Source: Acidimicrobiales bacterium
Lineage (GTDB): Bacteria > Actinomycetota > Acidimicrobiia > Acidimicrobiales > Aldehydirespiratoraceae
Direction of reading: 5' to 3'
Assembly (NCBI GenBank): GCA_965116965.1
Contig: OZ220743.1
Span: forward strand, 3,887,262 to 3,951,261
DNA length: 64,000 nucleotides
Position 1 is the stretch's first letter. The number at the start of each line of letters is the position of its first letter. A program made the translations under genes and the position numbers. A model generated the notes under the pieces. That model made no database searches. It was not told the origin of the DNA and saw only the letters and a program-made list of their open reading frames with translations. Below are positions 55,301 through 62,907 of the stretch, piece by piece.

Positions 55301-58288
55301 CTGCTCCGAGACGGCCTCGCAGGTCTCCCCGTCCTTCGGAACCTCGGTCCACTGCCCGTCGATGTACTGCCCGACGATGCGCGCCGCGGTGATCTCGAAG
55401 GATCGGCCCGGAACCGGGTTGCCGTCGATGTCGGTCACCACAGCGTCGACGTCGAGGGCGTCTCCGGCCCTCACGAAAGTACGGTTGGAGCGAACCCCGA
55501 CGTAGAGGCGGGCGGAATGGACCAGGACGTCGGTTGCCGCGGCCCACTGCTGGCGGTTCACGTCGAGCACTCGGGCCTCAGCGGTCACCGTGGTGGGGAG
55601 ATGGTCGCCGTCGCCTTCGAAGTCCATGCGCAGGTAATGGCTGCCGCTGGAGTCGGTCCTGCCCGAGAAGGTCTTGCGCTGCGGCTCGGGCCGCGGCTCG
55701 TGATAGTCACCGTGGTACCACCACGGACGCCACACGCCGAACGCGAACCCGTTCCAGTTGGGAGGGGAGTACGAGCCTTGGCGGGTGGTGACGGTCCAGG
55801 TGACCTCGGCGTCGGGGAGGGGACCACCGGAGAAGTACGTCGCGTCGGCCGCAAGCACCGCCGGCTCGTCGACCAGATGGGGGCCGGCTGATTCGAGGCG
55901 AGCTTCCACCTCGAACTCGGGGCGGCGGAACTCCTGGACCTGGAACGAGTGATAGTGCCTACCGCCTTCGCGGCTGCCCGGACGCTCGAAGACGATGCTG
56001 CTCCAGCCGAGGTTCGCCCCTTCCGGCAATTCGACAGTGAGGTCGAAGCCGCCGTGGTCGTCCAGACGGACCTCACCGTTGCCGAGATCGTTGCCGAACG
56101 GGCCGGAGACGCGGTAGGTGACCCGCTCTCCGCGGGGAAGGAACTCGAGGTCGCCGTCGCCGCTCAGGTCGAGGTTCCGGACCCAGCCCTTCAGGTGCAG
56201 CGTCTCGCCGGGGCGGTAGACGCCGCGATCGTCCGCGGTGTACCAGATGGTCTGATCGTGCTGCGGCCACGCCTCGACGTTCACAGGGTTGAGGGCCCGG
56301 TCGGCGCCGAGGGTGGCCACGACCCATTCGTGTCCCCCGAAATTGAGCGAGGCGCGGGCGAGGCCGTCATCGTCGGTGGTGAGCGTCGCGTCCCCGGCCC
56401 CCACTTCGATCTCCACTCCGGCCAGCGGATCGCCGGAGCGCAGGTCGGTGGTCCACACCACCACGTCGCGGTAGTCGGTGATCATGTCGACGCCGATATC
56501 GGTGTCCTGCACCCAGGCAATCGTCGAATGGCCGGTCTCGGTCTCGGCAAGCCGGCCGGCCCCCTCGACGATCATGACCAGGTGACCGTGCTCGCCGTTG
56601 AGGGCACCGGAGAGATCTATGGGAACCTCAGTGAGGGCGTCATGGTCGATACCGGTGTCGACGACCTCGTCGATCACCACCGGCCACGGCGCATCCAGCG
56701 GATTCCCGTCCCGGTTCGGTCGCCAGCGAGATGCGAAGTCCAGGTACGACGCGTAGTCGCTCGGCTCCACCGCGTGGAGGCGTACACGAAGCTGCTCCCA
56801 TTGGCGCACCATGACAGGAATCGTCTGCTGCACACCGAGCGGATCGACGGTGGCGAGTCGCCCTCCCAGGAAGCTGAGGTGGGGGCGGGCCTCGTCGATG
56901 CTGAACTCGACGGTCTCGGGCCTTCCCAACCTCTGACCGAACACGTCGCCCAGTTCTGCGGGGATCACCACTTCATAGACTGTGCCGCCGGCCGTGGGCT
57001 CGGCGATGGTCATGCTGTTGCCGTATACCGAGACGGTGACGCCGGGGAGCTCTGGCGTAATGGAGACGTCGGCCGGATTGAGGGTCTCAGCATCCAGCGT
57101 GTTGTTGAACCATACGGCGAGCGCACGCCCGGGCCGGCACACTCGATATGAGCAACTAGTGTCCTCCAGCCGCAGCGGCGCGTACGTACGGGCCTCCACA
57201 ACCGACGAGTTCCCGCTGGTGTTCGGTCCCTCGGCCGACGGCACATGGGGGCCGACCTCGATCCTGATCGATGAGTCGGGCTCGAGCGGCTCCGCCGGGC
57301 GGAACCCGACCCATGTGTCATCGAGTGCATACCCGCGCCGGGAACTGATGTACTCGTCGCCTTCGATCTCGGCCGCACTGGCGAGGCGGATCCGATGCTG
57401 TTCGCCATCGGCTGAGAACGTGATGGCCTCGAGCGCCGCGGCAGGTTCGACCCGCTGATCGAAGGCGACGAGGAAGACCGGCTGGAGATCGAGCGAGTCG
57501 TGCTGAGGGATGAGCCACGCCATGCTGGGCGCGGGGGTCTCGAACTCGAAGCGAACGGTTTCGGCCAACTCGCCGCCGGACTGCGACGTCGTCCCCGCGG
57601 GGACTTCGACCACATAGGAAGTCGCCATCGGCAAGCGGTCGAATATCTCCGGGTCGTGTTCGAAGCGGAGTGTGCGGGTGCCGATCCATTGCCAGCGCCC
57701 CGGCAACGATGGCGTGATCGTGACCGGAACGTCGAGTTCGTCGAGCTGTCCGATGGTGGCGAGCGGCACCATCGGCTGGTTGAAGGTGATGCTGACGAAA
57801 GGCGCTATCCCCACATCACCCTCGGGCTGCACCCGCAGCACCGCCAGGGGTCCGGGATCGACGTCCGGTGCGTCGATGTCCGGCCCGGCCGGGAACGGCC
57901 GATCGATGGTCTCGCCGGTGCGGGGCGGCGGCAGCGTCTCGGGCGGGCGGTTGAAGTCGGCTGCGTCGCTCTCGGCGTCGTAGTCCCATGGCGGCAGCCG
58001 GTCGGTCACGGCGCGGATTTCCGCAGCATCGAGCGGCCTGCCGTCTACCCGGCTCACCGCCGGCGAGCTCAGACCGCCGATCGCCTCTCCCTCGCTCAGG
58101 CGAACGGTCAACAATGTCCCCCGCTCCGAACCGCCTATGCCGCGGGCCGAGACCACGGGAGTACGGGTGGCAGCGTTGCCGGACCGGTCGCCCGCTCCCG
58201 CGGCAGAATCGCCATCGCCTGAGCAGGCGCCGGCCAGCAGCACGACAACGATTCCTGTGATCAGGCAGCGCCTCGAATGTTCAAGCAC
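52313..58288 (-). CDS. Alpha-2-macroglobulin family protein, 1991 aa, thioester motif absent, N-terminal signal/lipoprotein-like peptide
   Basis: GTG start. N-terminal RRCLITGIVVVLLAGACSG. Long series of MG/Ig-like repeats. The region homologous to the thioester site reads LSEYRYASSDAYASR instead of ..YPYGCxEQ... A terpenoid-cyclase-like TED segment follows. Confidence 0.8.
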   Translation of the reverse strand: MLEHSRRCLITGIVVVLLAGACSGDGDSAAGAGDRSGNAATRTPVVSARGIGGSERGTLLTVRLSEGEAIGGLSSPAVSRVDGRPLDAAEIRAVTDRLPPWDYDAESDAADFNRPPETLPPPRTGETIDRPFPAGPDIDAPDVDPGPLAVLRVQPEGDVGIAPFVSITFNQPMVPLATIGQLDELDVPVTITPSLPGRWQWIGTRTLRFEHDPEIFDRLPMATSYVVEVPAGTTSQSGGELAETVRFEFETPAPSMAWLIPQHDSLDLQPVFLVAFDQRVEPAAALEAITFSADGEQHRIRLASAAEIEGDEYISSRRGYALDDTWVGFRPAEPLEPDSSIRIEVGPHVPSAEGPNTSGNSSVVEARTYAPLRLEDTSCSYRVCRPGRALAVWFNNTLDAETLNPADVSITPELPGVTVSVYGNSMTIAEPTAGGTVYEVVIPAELGDVFGQRLGRPETVEFSIDEARPHLSFLGGRLATVDPLGVQQTIPVMVRQWEQLRVRLHAVEPSDYASYLDFASRWRPNRDGNPLDAPWPVVIDEVVDTGIDHDALTEVPIDLSGALNGEHGHLVMIVEGAGRLAETETGHSTIAWVQDTDIGVDMITDYRDVVVWTTDLRSGDPLAGVEIEVGAGDATLTTDDDGLARASLNFGGHEWVVATLGADRALNPVNVEAWPQHDQTIWYTADDRGVYRPGETLHLKGWVRNLDLSGDGDLEFLPRGERVTYRVSGPFGNDLGNGEVRLDDHGGFDLTVELPEGANLGWSSIVFERPGSREGGRHYHSFQVQEFRRPEFEVEARLESAGPHLVDEPAVLAADATYFSGGPLPDAEVTWTVTTRQGSYSPPNWNGFAFGVWRPWWYHGDYHEPRPEPQRKTFSGRTDSSGSHYLRMDFEGDGDHLPTTVTAEARVLDVNRQQWAAATDVLVHSARLYVGVRSNRTFVRAGDALDVDAVVTDIDGNPVPGRSFEITAARIVGQYIDGQWTEVPKDGETCEAVSEQTPVGCEFAAGIGGRYRISAHVVDDAGRTSRSELTRWVAGARSGPPSSRIDLEVATLIPDAESYAAGDTAEVLVDSPFASGTGLLTIAHNQIIELRTFEIADHAAVLEVPITDDHVPELAVQVEIVSTTERTADDGTSLDGVPHRPAYASGQALLRVSPLLRTLDVTAEPASKVVKPGVATSIAVEVNDAGGAPVEGANVLLIVVDEAVLALSGYELLDPIDVFYRPRTARLRAWRGRGNILLESPEELLRQIAADLAADAAPETASAADSEAAAAEAGDGSGSEGLLVDVRENLDALALFDPDAATDAAGRVTVEFDLPDNLTRYRVMAVAVDGAERFGTAEAAITARLPLQVRPSAPRFLNYGDEFELPIVVQNQTDAAMEVDVVVQTSNLELDGSPGRRVTVPANDRVEVRFPARTNSPGTARFRAAAVSGDHADAQIVALPVYTPATSEAFAAYGVVDEGAVIQSLAAPRDVIPQFGGLEINTSSTALQALTDAVLYLSEYRYASSDAYASRILAISALRDVLGAFEAQGLASPDELDATVRRDIAELSALQNSDGGFGWWSRNRPSSPYQSIQAMHALIVAKNEGFTVSGDVMSSGHWYLQSIEDRIPAHYSQRSKDMLLAYALHVRSLGGDRDARAARALWERRGTDLELDALAWIWPVVGDDAVEASIERVLNNRVVETAGAAAFVTDYGEDAYLLLHSSRRTDAIVLDALITMAPESDLIAKVVAGLLANRVRGRWNNVQENSFILLALNHYFAAFEATDPDFVARVWLGDLYAARHQFSGRSTDRALTLVPMTELLTVGDSDLIVSKDGEGRLYYRLGLRYAPDDLNLDPLDRGFVVQRSYEAVDDPGDVRLDDDGVWHVLAGAQVRVNVTMVNDSRRTNMALVDPMPAGFESLNPSLAVTGEIDARRGGAADSWWRWTWYEHQNLRDDRAEAFSSYLWAGTHEYSYVVRATTPGTFVVPPAKAEEIYAPEVFGRSGTDTVIVQDHR

Positions 58289-58303
58289 CGATCTTCAGCC
58301 CCC

Positions 58304-58355
58304 TATTGCAGTCGAGAGGATATGACGACTATTGCAGTCGAGAGGATATGACGAC
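58304..58355. repeat. Perfect 26-bp tandem duplication immediately upstream of the A2M gene RBS
   Basis: TATTGCAGTCGAGAGGATATGACGAC at 58304..58329 and again at 58330..58355. In gene sense, each unit contains TATCCT (a TANNNT-type -10 candidate). Confidence 0.95.
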
Positions 58356-58551
58356 GCAAGACACGGATCAGTTCCCAAGGTCCATGGGCGCATCCGAACC
58401 GCGCTGGGGGGCTCACGCCATTCGGAACACGGTGGTGGCGAAGCCATCGCGCTCGTGAGCCCGGCCTCGTGCAGGGCTCAGCACGGGAGGTGGTGCCCGA
58501 GCGCTGACGACCCACTCGGACAGCCCTGCCGATTCGTGGCGTCCACAGCCG

Positions 58552-60087
58552 CTAGTTCACCGCCTTGGACATGCCCTCCCAGTAGGGGGCCCGCAGCTTG
58601 AACTTCTGGAGCTTGCCGGTGGCGGTGCGGGCCAGCTCGTCGCGCATCTCCACCGACGTGGGGCACTTGTAGTGGGCGATGCGGTCCCGGCAGTGGGCGA
58701 TCAGCTCCTCGGGCGTGGCCTCGGCCCCGGGGGCGAGCACCACCAGCGCCTTGACCGTCTCGCCCCATTTCTCGTGGGGCACGCCGATCACGGCCACCTC
58801 GGCCACGGCCGGATGCGAGAACAGGGCGTCCTCCACCTCGATGGACGACACGTTCTCGCCCCCGGAGATGATCACGTCCTTCTTGCGGTCGGTGATCATG
58901 TAGTGGCCGTCGTCGTCGAGGTAACCGCCGTCGCCGGTGTGGAACCAGCCGTCGCGTATGGCTTCGGCGGTGGCGTCGGGCTGCTCCCAGTACCCCTCCA
59001 GCACGTGGTTGCAGCGGGCCAGGAACTCGCCGGAGTGGCTCACCTGCATGCGCACTCCCAGCGCGGGCACGCCCTGGCGCGACAGTTTGCGGGCCCGCTC
59101 CGCGGGCGAGAGGTCGTCCCACTCGTCCCGGCTGCGGTTGATGGTGAGCACGGGGGCCGTCTCGGTGAGGCCGTAGAGCTGGATGAACTCCCAGCCCAGA
59201 TCGGTCTCCACCCGCTCGATGGTGCGGGTCGGCGGGGGTGCGCCGGCCACCACCATGCGGGTGCGCCCCGCCCCCGGGATGGGGCCGTCCCAGGCAGCGG
59301 CCGCATCGAGGATAGCGGCCACCACCGCCGGCGCGCCGCATAGCAGCGTGATGCCGTGGGCGTCCACCCGGCGCAGGATCTCACCGCCGTCCACCTTGCG
59401 CAGCACCACCTGCTTGGCGCCCATGCCGACCAGCACGTAGGGCATCCCCCAGCCGTTGCAGTGGAACATGGGCAGGGTGTGCAGGTAGCTGTCGCGGTCG
59501 GTGACGGAGGTGTGGAGGCCGAACACTGCCGAGTTGATCCACAGGCTCCGGTGGGTCTGCTCCACGCCTTTGGGCCGGGCGGTCGTGCCGGAGGTGTAGT
59601 TGATGACCGCGGTCTCGTCCTCGTCAGGCGCCCACGGCTGCGGGGTCTCGCCGAACCGGAACAGCGCCTCGTCGGACTCGTCGCCGAGCACGAACTTGTG
59701 GCGGCTCTTCACCGGACCCAGGGTGTCGGCCAACTCGGGATCTACGAGCAGCACGTCGGCGCCGCAGTGGTCGACTATGTAGGTCACCTCGTCGAGGCTG
59801 AGCCGGAAGTTGATGGGCACGAAGATGCGCCCGTTGCCGCTGACGCCCCAGAAGCAGGTGAGCAGGCGCCCGGCGTTGTGGGACACCATGGCCACCCGGC
59901 CTCCCAACCGCACGCCGAGAGCGTCGAGGCCTGCTCCGGTGGCGTCGGCCAGCTCGCCCATACGCGAGAACGTGACCTCGCCCATCGACGGCGCGGGCTG
60001 GTCGGGCTCGTCGACGAAGGCGACCCGGTCGGGATACACGGCCAGGGCCCGGTCGAGGTGGTCGCGGACCGTGAGCGGAACCTTCAT
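58552..60087 (-). CDS. Acyl-CoA synthetase / AMP-dependent ligase
   Basis: 511 aa from MKVPLTVRDHL. AMP-binding motif YTSGTTARPKGV and GWFHTGDGGYLDDDGHYMITDRKKD. Confidence 0.88.
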   Translation of the reverse strand: MKVPLTVRDHLDRALAVYPDRVAFVDEPDQPAPSMGEVTFSRMGELADATGAGLDALGVRLGGRVAMVSHNAGRLLTCFWGVSGNGRIFVPINFRLSLDEVTYIVDHCGADVLLVDPELADTLGPVKSRHKFVLGDESDEALFRFGETPQPWAPDEDETAVINYTSGTTARPKGVEQTHRSLWINSAVFGLHTSVTDRDSYLHTLPMFHCNGWGMPYVLVGMGAKQVVLRKVDGGEILRRVDAHGITLLCGAPAVVAAILDAAAAWDGPIPGAGRTRMVVAGAPPPTRTIERVETDLGWEFIQLYGLTETAPVLTINRSRDEWDDLSPAERARKLSRQGVPALGVRMQVSHSGEFLARCNHVLEGYWEQPDATAEAIRDGWFHTGDGGYLDDDGHYMITDRKKDVIISGGENVSSIEVEDALFSHPAVAEVAVIGVPHEKWGETVKALVVLAPGAEATPEELIAHCRDRIAHYKCPTSVEMRDELARTATGKLQKFKLRAPYWEGMSKAVN

Positions 60088-60306
60088 GGCGCCATCATGG
60101 CAGCACGAACCGGCGCGGCGCACGCCGACACGCCAGATCCCGATGGCGACACGGGCAGGCAAGGGGAGAGCACGGCCCGCGCCCGGAGGCTGAGTAGCCT
60201 CCGGAGCGCACGTCGGGCAGATTGGAGTTCACCATTCCGACCGCCGGGGCTGGCATGGACCTGCGCGATCGCGTCGGCGTGCCGGGCACGGCTACCGTCG
60301 CAGTGT

Positions 60307-60519
60307 GTGTCGGACTGCGCCGGCTACTACGAGAGCCTGTGGGGCGAGCCGCCCGTGTACCAGGCGGCCAGCGCCACCGCCGCCGCCCTCGCTCTGCACC
60401 TGGCCATCGAGGCCGCCGGATCGACCGACACCAACGCGGTGCGCACCGCTCTCCGGGGGCTGTCGGCGGACACCTTCTACGGGCCGATCAGCTTCGACGA
60501 GCGGGGCGTCAACAGATGA
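60307..60519 (+). pseudogene. C-terminal fragment of a LivK-like ABC substrate-binding protein
   Basis: YYESLWGEPPVYQAASATAAALALHLAIEAAGSTDTNAVRTALRGLSADTFYGPISFDERGVN matches only the last 70 residues or so of branched-chain amino-acid binding proteins. There is no N-terminal part. Confidence 0.5.
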
Positions 60520-60668
60520 CCGTCTACGAGAATCTCGAACTCGGCATGTACCGCTGCACCGACAAGGCCCGCGTCCGGGAACGCATCGGGCTGATCACCC
60601 ACCAGGGCAGTTCAGCCGATCTGCTGGCCGATCCGAACGTGCGGCGCGCCTTCCTGGGAGCCCGCTGA
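60516..60668 (+). pseudogene. Internally deleted LivF-like ABC ATPase remnant (50 aa)
   Basis: MTVYENLELGMYR... is joined directly to ...SSADLLADPNVRRAFLGAR. Walker A, the signature motif and Walker B are all missing. Confidence 0.5.
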
Positions 60669-60741
60669 GCCGGAACTGGCAGCAGAATGCCTGCCGCCTC
60701 ACCCACCAGGCGCAAGGCCGGTCCAGCTTGGGCTCCGGCCA

Positions 60742-61149
60742 TCACGCCATGGGCAGTCGCGACTGCTGGTCGTCGGATCTCACGCCTTCGCTGCTCGTGA
60801 GGTTCTGGGAAACGGGTGGGTAGCCGGGGACCCCGCTGGACGAGACCTTCGATCCACTGCCTCGCGGCCCGGCATACAAGAAGACGGTTCGGGCGGCTGC
60901 GGTGACATCCTCCACAACTGCGAAGTCGGTTCCGCGCAATCGCATCCGTATAGAGTCGCGGATGAACTTCGAGAGACTCTCGCCGCGCTCTTGGACCGCG
61001 GCCTGCAGCCGATCAAGCTCATCGGGCACCAACCGGAACGACACCACCTCAGTAGTCGTCGGCCGCACCTGAACCGCAGCGGGCTCGTCATCCCACTCTC
61101 CGGCGTCGCTCCGACGCTTGTGTAGGTCCTCGATCTCAGCGTCGCTCAT
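60742..61149 (-). CDS. RHH/BrnA-like antitoxin candidate with long C-terminal tail
   Basis: 135 aa. EWDDEPAAVQVRPTTTEVVSFRLVPDELDRLQAAVQERGESLSKFIRDSI fits the BrnA/CopG-like pattern. Lies 18 nt downstream of the toxin candidate. Confidence 0.5.
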   Translation of the reverse strand: MSDAEIEDLHKRRSDAGEWDDEPAAVQVRPTTTEVVSFRLVPDELDRLQAAVQERGESLSKFIRDSIRMRLRGTDFAVVEDVTAAARTVFLYAGPRGSGSKVSSSGVPGYPPVSQNLTSSEGVRSDDQQSRLPMA

Positions 61150-61167
61150 TTCGGCTCTCCTGTTCCA

Positions 61168-61476
61168 TCATGCCTTGTTATACCAGTCGATCTCATGCTC
61201 CTCGGATCGCCACCCAGTGACGGCCCGCCATCGGTCGCCGTGAAGGTGGAGAATGCACACAGTCCAGAACTGACCGCCTCGGTCGGGGCCGATCATCTGG
61301 TGACTCGCGGCTCGGCGACGCATGTTGCGTCGGAGCCTAGGGTCCTCTGCGGCGACGGCGAGGACCGTCGACCGGTCGATGCCATGTCGCGCCAGTTCGC
61401 TGAGGTTTCCGTCGTCCCAACTCCCACTCTCCGATCCACAAGGTTCACGAACTCCATATATACTGCTGTCAGACAA
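61168..61476 (-). CDS. BrnT-like (DUF497-type) toxin candidate
   Basis: The C-terminal 100 aa or so of the ORF-track entry: SWDDGNLSELARHGIDRSTVLAV...WRAVTGWRSEEHEIDWY. The only in-frame start near the domain boundary is the TTG at 61476, so the start is very uncertain. Confidence 0.4.
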   Translation of the reverse strand: MSDSSIYGVREPCGSESGSWDDGNLSELARHGIDRSTVLAVAAEDPRLRRNMRRRAASHQMIGPDRGGQFWTVCILHLHGDRWRAVTGWRSEEHEIDWYNKA

Positions 61477-61497
61477 GCGTATGACAACTTGGAACCT

Positions 61498-61932
61498 ATG
61501 GCTACGATCGAACTGCTCACTCTCGCGAACCATGCCGAAGTACAAAACGGCCTGCTCTACCTGATCGGCGCCGAATGGGACACCGTCACCCGCACTTACC
61601 AGGCTGGATCGGATCCACAGCCTCAGCATCTCGCCATTGCGATAACTGTCGTGGTGCCGTGGATCGAGGCGAACCAGCGCCATCGAGTGGAGCTCTGGAT
61701 CGAGGACGAGGACGCGCGGGTCAGGCTCATGGAGGCCAGCTTCGACATCGAGGTGGGCCGACCCCCCGGCAAGACTCACGGATCGGACAGCCGCTCACCT
61801 GTGGCGATGTCTGGAATCGTCCAGTTCCCAGGGTCCGGCGGCTACCGCGTGCGCGCACGGATAGGCGACCACCACAAGACCTACGCCTTCCGGGTGAACG
61901 ATCAGATCGTGCAGGCCGCCCGAGCGAGTTGA
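61498..61932 (+). CDS. Conserved-looking hypothetical protein (144 aa)
   Basis: ATG at 61498 after an AT-richer stretch. MATIELLTLANHAEVQNGLLYLIGAEWD...GRPPG...FPGSGGYRVRARIGDHHKTYAFRV resembles a small actinobacterial family of unknown function. Confidence 0.55.
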   Translation: MATIELLTLANHAEVQNGLLYLIGAEWDTVTRTYQAGSDPQPQHLAIAITVVVPWIEANQRHRVELWIEDEDARVRLMEASFDIEVGRPPGKTHGSDSRSPVAMSGIVQFPGSGGYRVRARIGDHHKTYAFRVNDQIVQAARAS

Positions 61933-61984
61933 CCACAAGCACGGTCTACCCGTTCCGCAAGTGGCCTGGCAGCTCCTGATGGGG

Positions 61985-62776
61985 TCAGCCCTCGAGGACG
62001 GTTGCGACTGCGTCGGGGATGGAATGGGGGCCTGCTATGGCGGCGAACCGGGCGCCGGCGGCGGCTGCGAAGGCCTCGGCGTCGGCCGCGTCGCCCGCGG
62101 GTGCGATCACGCACAGTTCGTCGAGGCGGCGGGCCGCAGCCAACGGATCGCCCCCCGCGGTGGCCCGGCAGTCCGACAGCAGTACCGCGACACGGCGCCG
62201 GGCCGTGCACCGCTCCAGTTGGGCCCGGGCCGCGTCGAGCGCGGCCGCGAGGTCGGTGGTTCCGTAGCCGCGCAGCCGCAGCACGTCATCCACCACGGCG
62301 GGCGCCGGGCGGTCGCGGTCGGCCGACTTGATGGCCACCACCTGGTCGCCGAAGGCCAGGGCCGACCACTGCTGGGGCGCTCGCAGGGCGCAGGCCGCGG
62401 CGGCCACCGCGGCCGCGGCCAGCCTGGGGCCGCCCATCGACCCCGACCGGTCCACAACGAGAGTGATCGCGGTGGCGGGACGCTGCCAGCGCTGCACCCA
62501 CAACTCGTCCAGCGCGGCGGGACGGCCCGCCGCTCTGGCCTCGAGCAGACCGTCGAGGCTGCGGTCGATGTCGATGTCGCCGCTGCAGAGATCGGCCCGT
62601 CCAGGCTCGAGGCGGCCCACCCCGCCCGCCGACGACACCCCGGCCCGAGCCAGGTCGAGCGCCAGCCGGCCCGCCAGCCGCGCCGCCAGCGCCGCCATCC
62701 TGCGGTCGGCGGCAGCCGCCATGTCGGCCAGCAGGGCGAGAGTCTGATCAGGGTCGGCGGCGGCCTGCTCGGCCAC
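61985..62776 (-). CDS. von Willebrand factor type A (VWA) domain protein
   Basis: 263 aa. MIDAS motif VVDRSGSMGG...GTTD. Immediately downstream of the MoxR-type ATPase. The frame stays open upstream to the ATPase stop without a canonical start, so the N-terminus is uncertain. Confidence 0.75.
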   Translation of the reverse strand: MAEQAAADPDQTLALLADMAAAADRRMAALAARLAGRLALDLARAGVSSAGGVGRLEPGRADLCSGDIDIDRSLDGLLEARAAGRPAALDELWVQRWQRPATAITLVVDRSGSMGGPRLAAAAVAAAACALRAPQQWSALAFGDQVVAIKSADRDRPAPAVVDDVLRLRGYGTTDLAAALDAARAQLERCTARRRVAVLLSDCRATAGGDPLAAARRLDELCVIAPAGDAADAEAFAAAAGARFAAIAGPHSIPDAVATVLEG

Positions 62777-62907
62777 CTCGGCGGTGTCGAGGGTTCCGCT
62801 CTCGGGGCTCAGCAGCCGGAAGCCGGGCTGGCCTTCGTAGTGGCCGCGGGGAGTGGTGCGAACCCGCTCGGCGTCGAGCGCCTCGCGGGCCCTCGACCCT
62901 TCGAGGA

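Noticed and set aside
61477-61779. N-terminal 100 aa of the 203-aa minus-strand ORF 61168..61779
   Set aside because: It is antisense to the better-supported 61498..61932 gene and has no motif content. Only the C-terminal toxin-like domain was kept.
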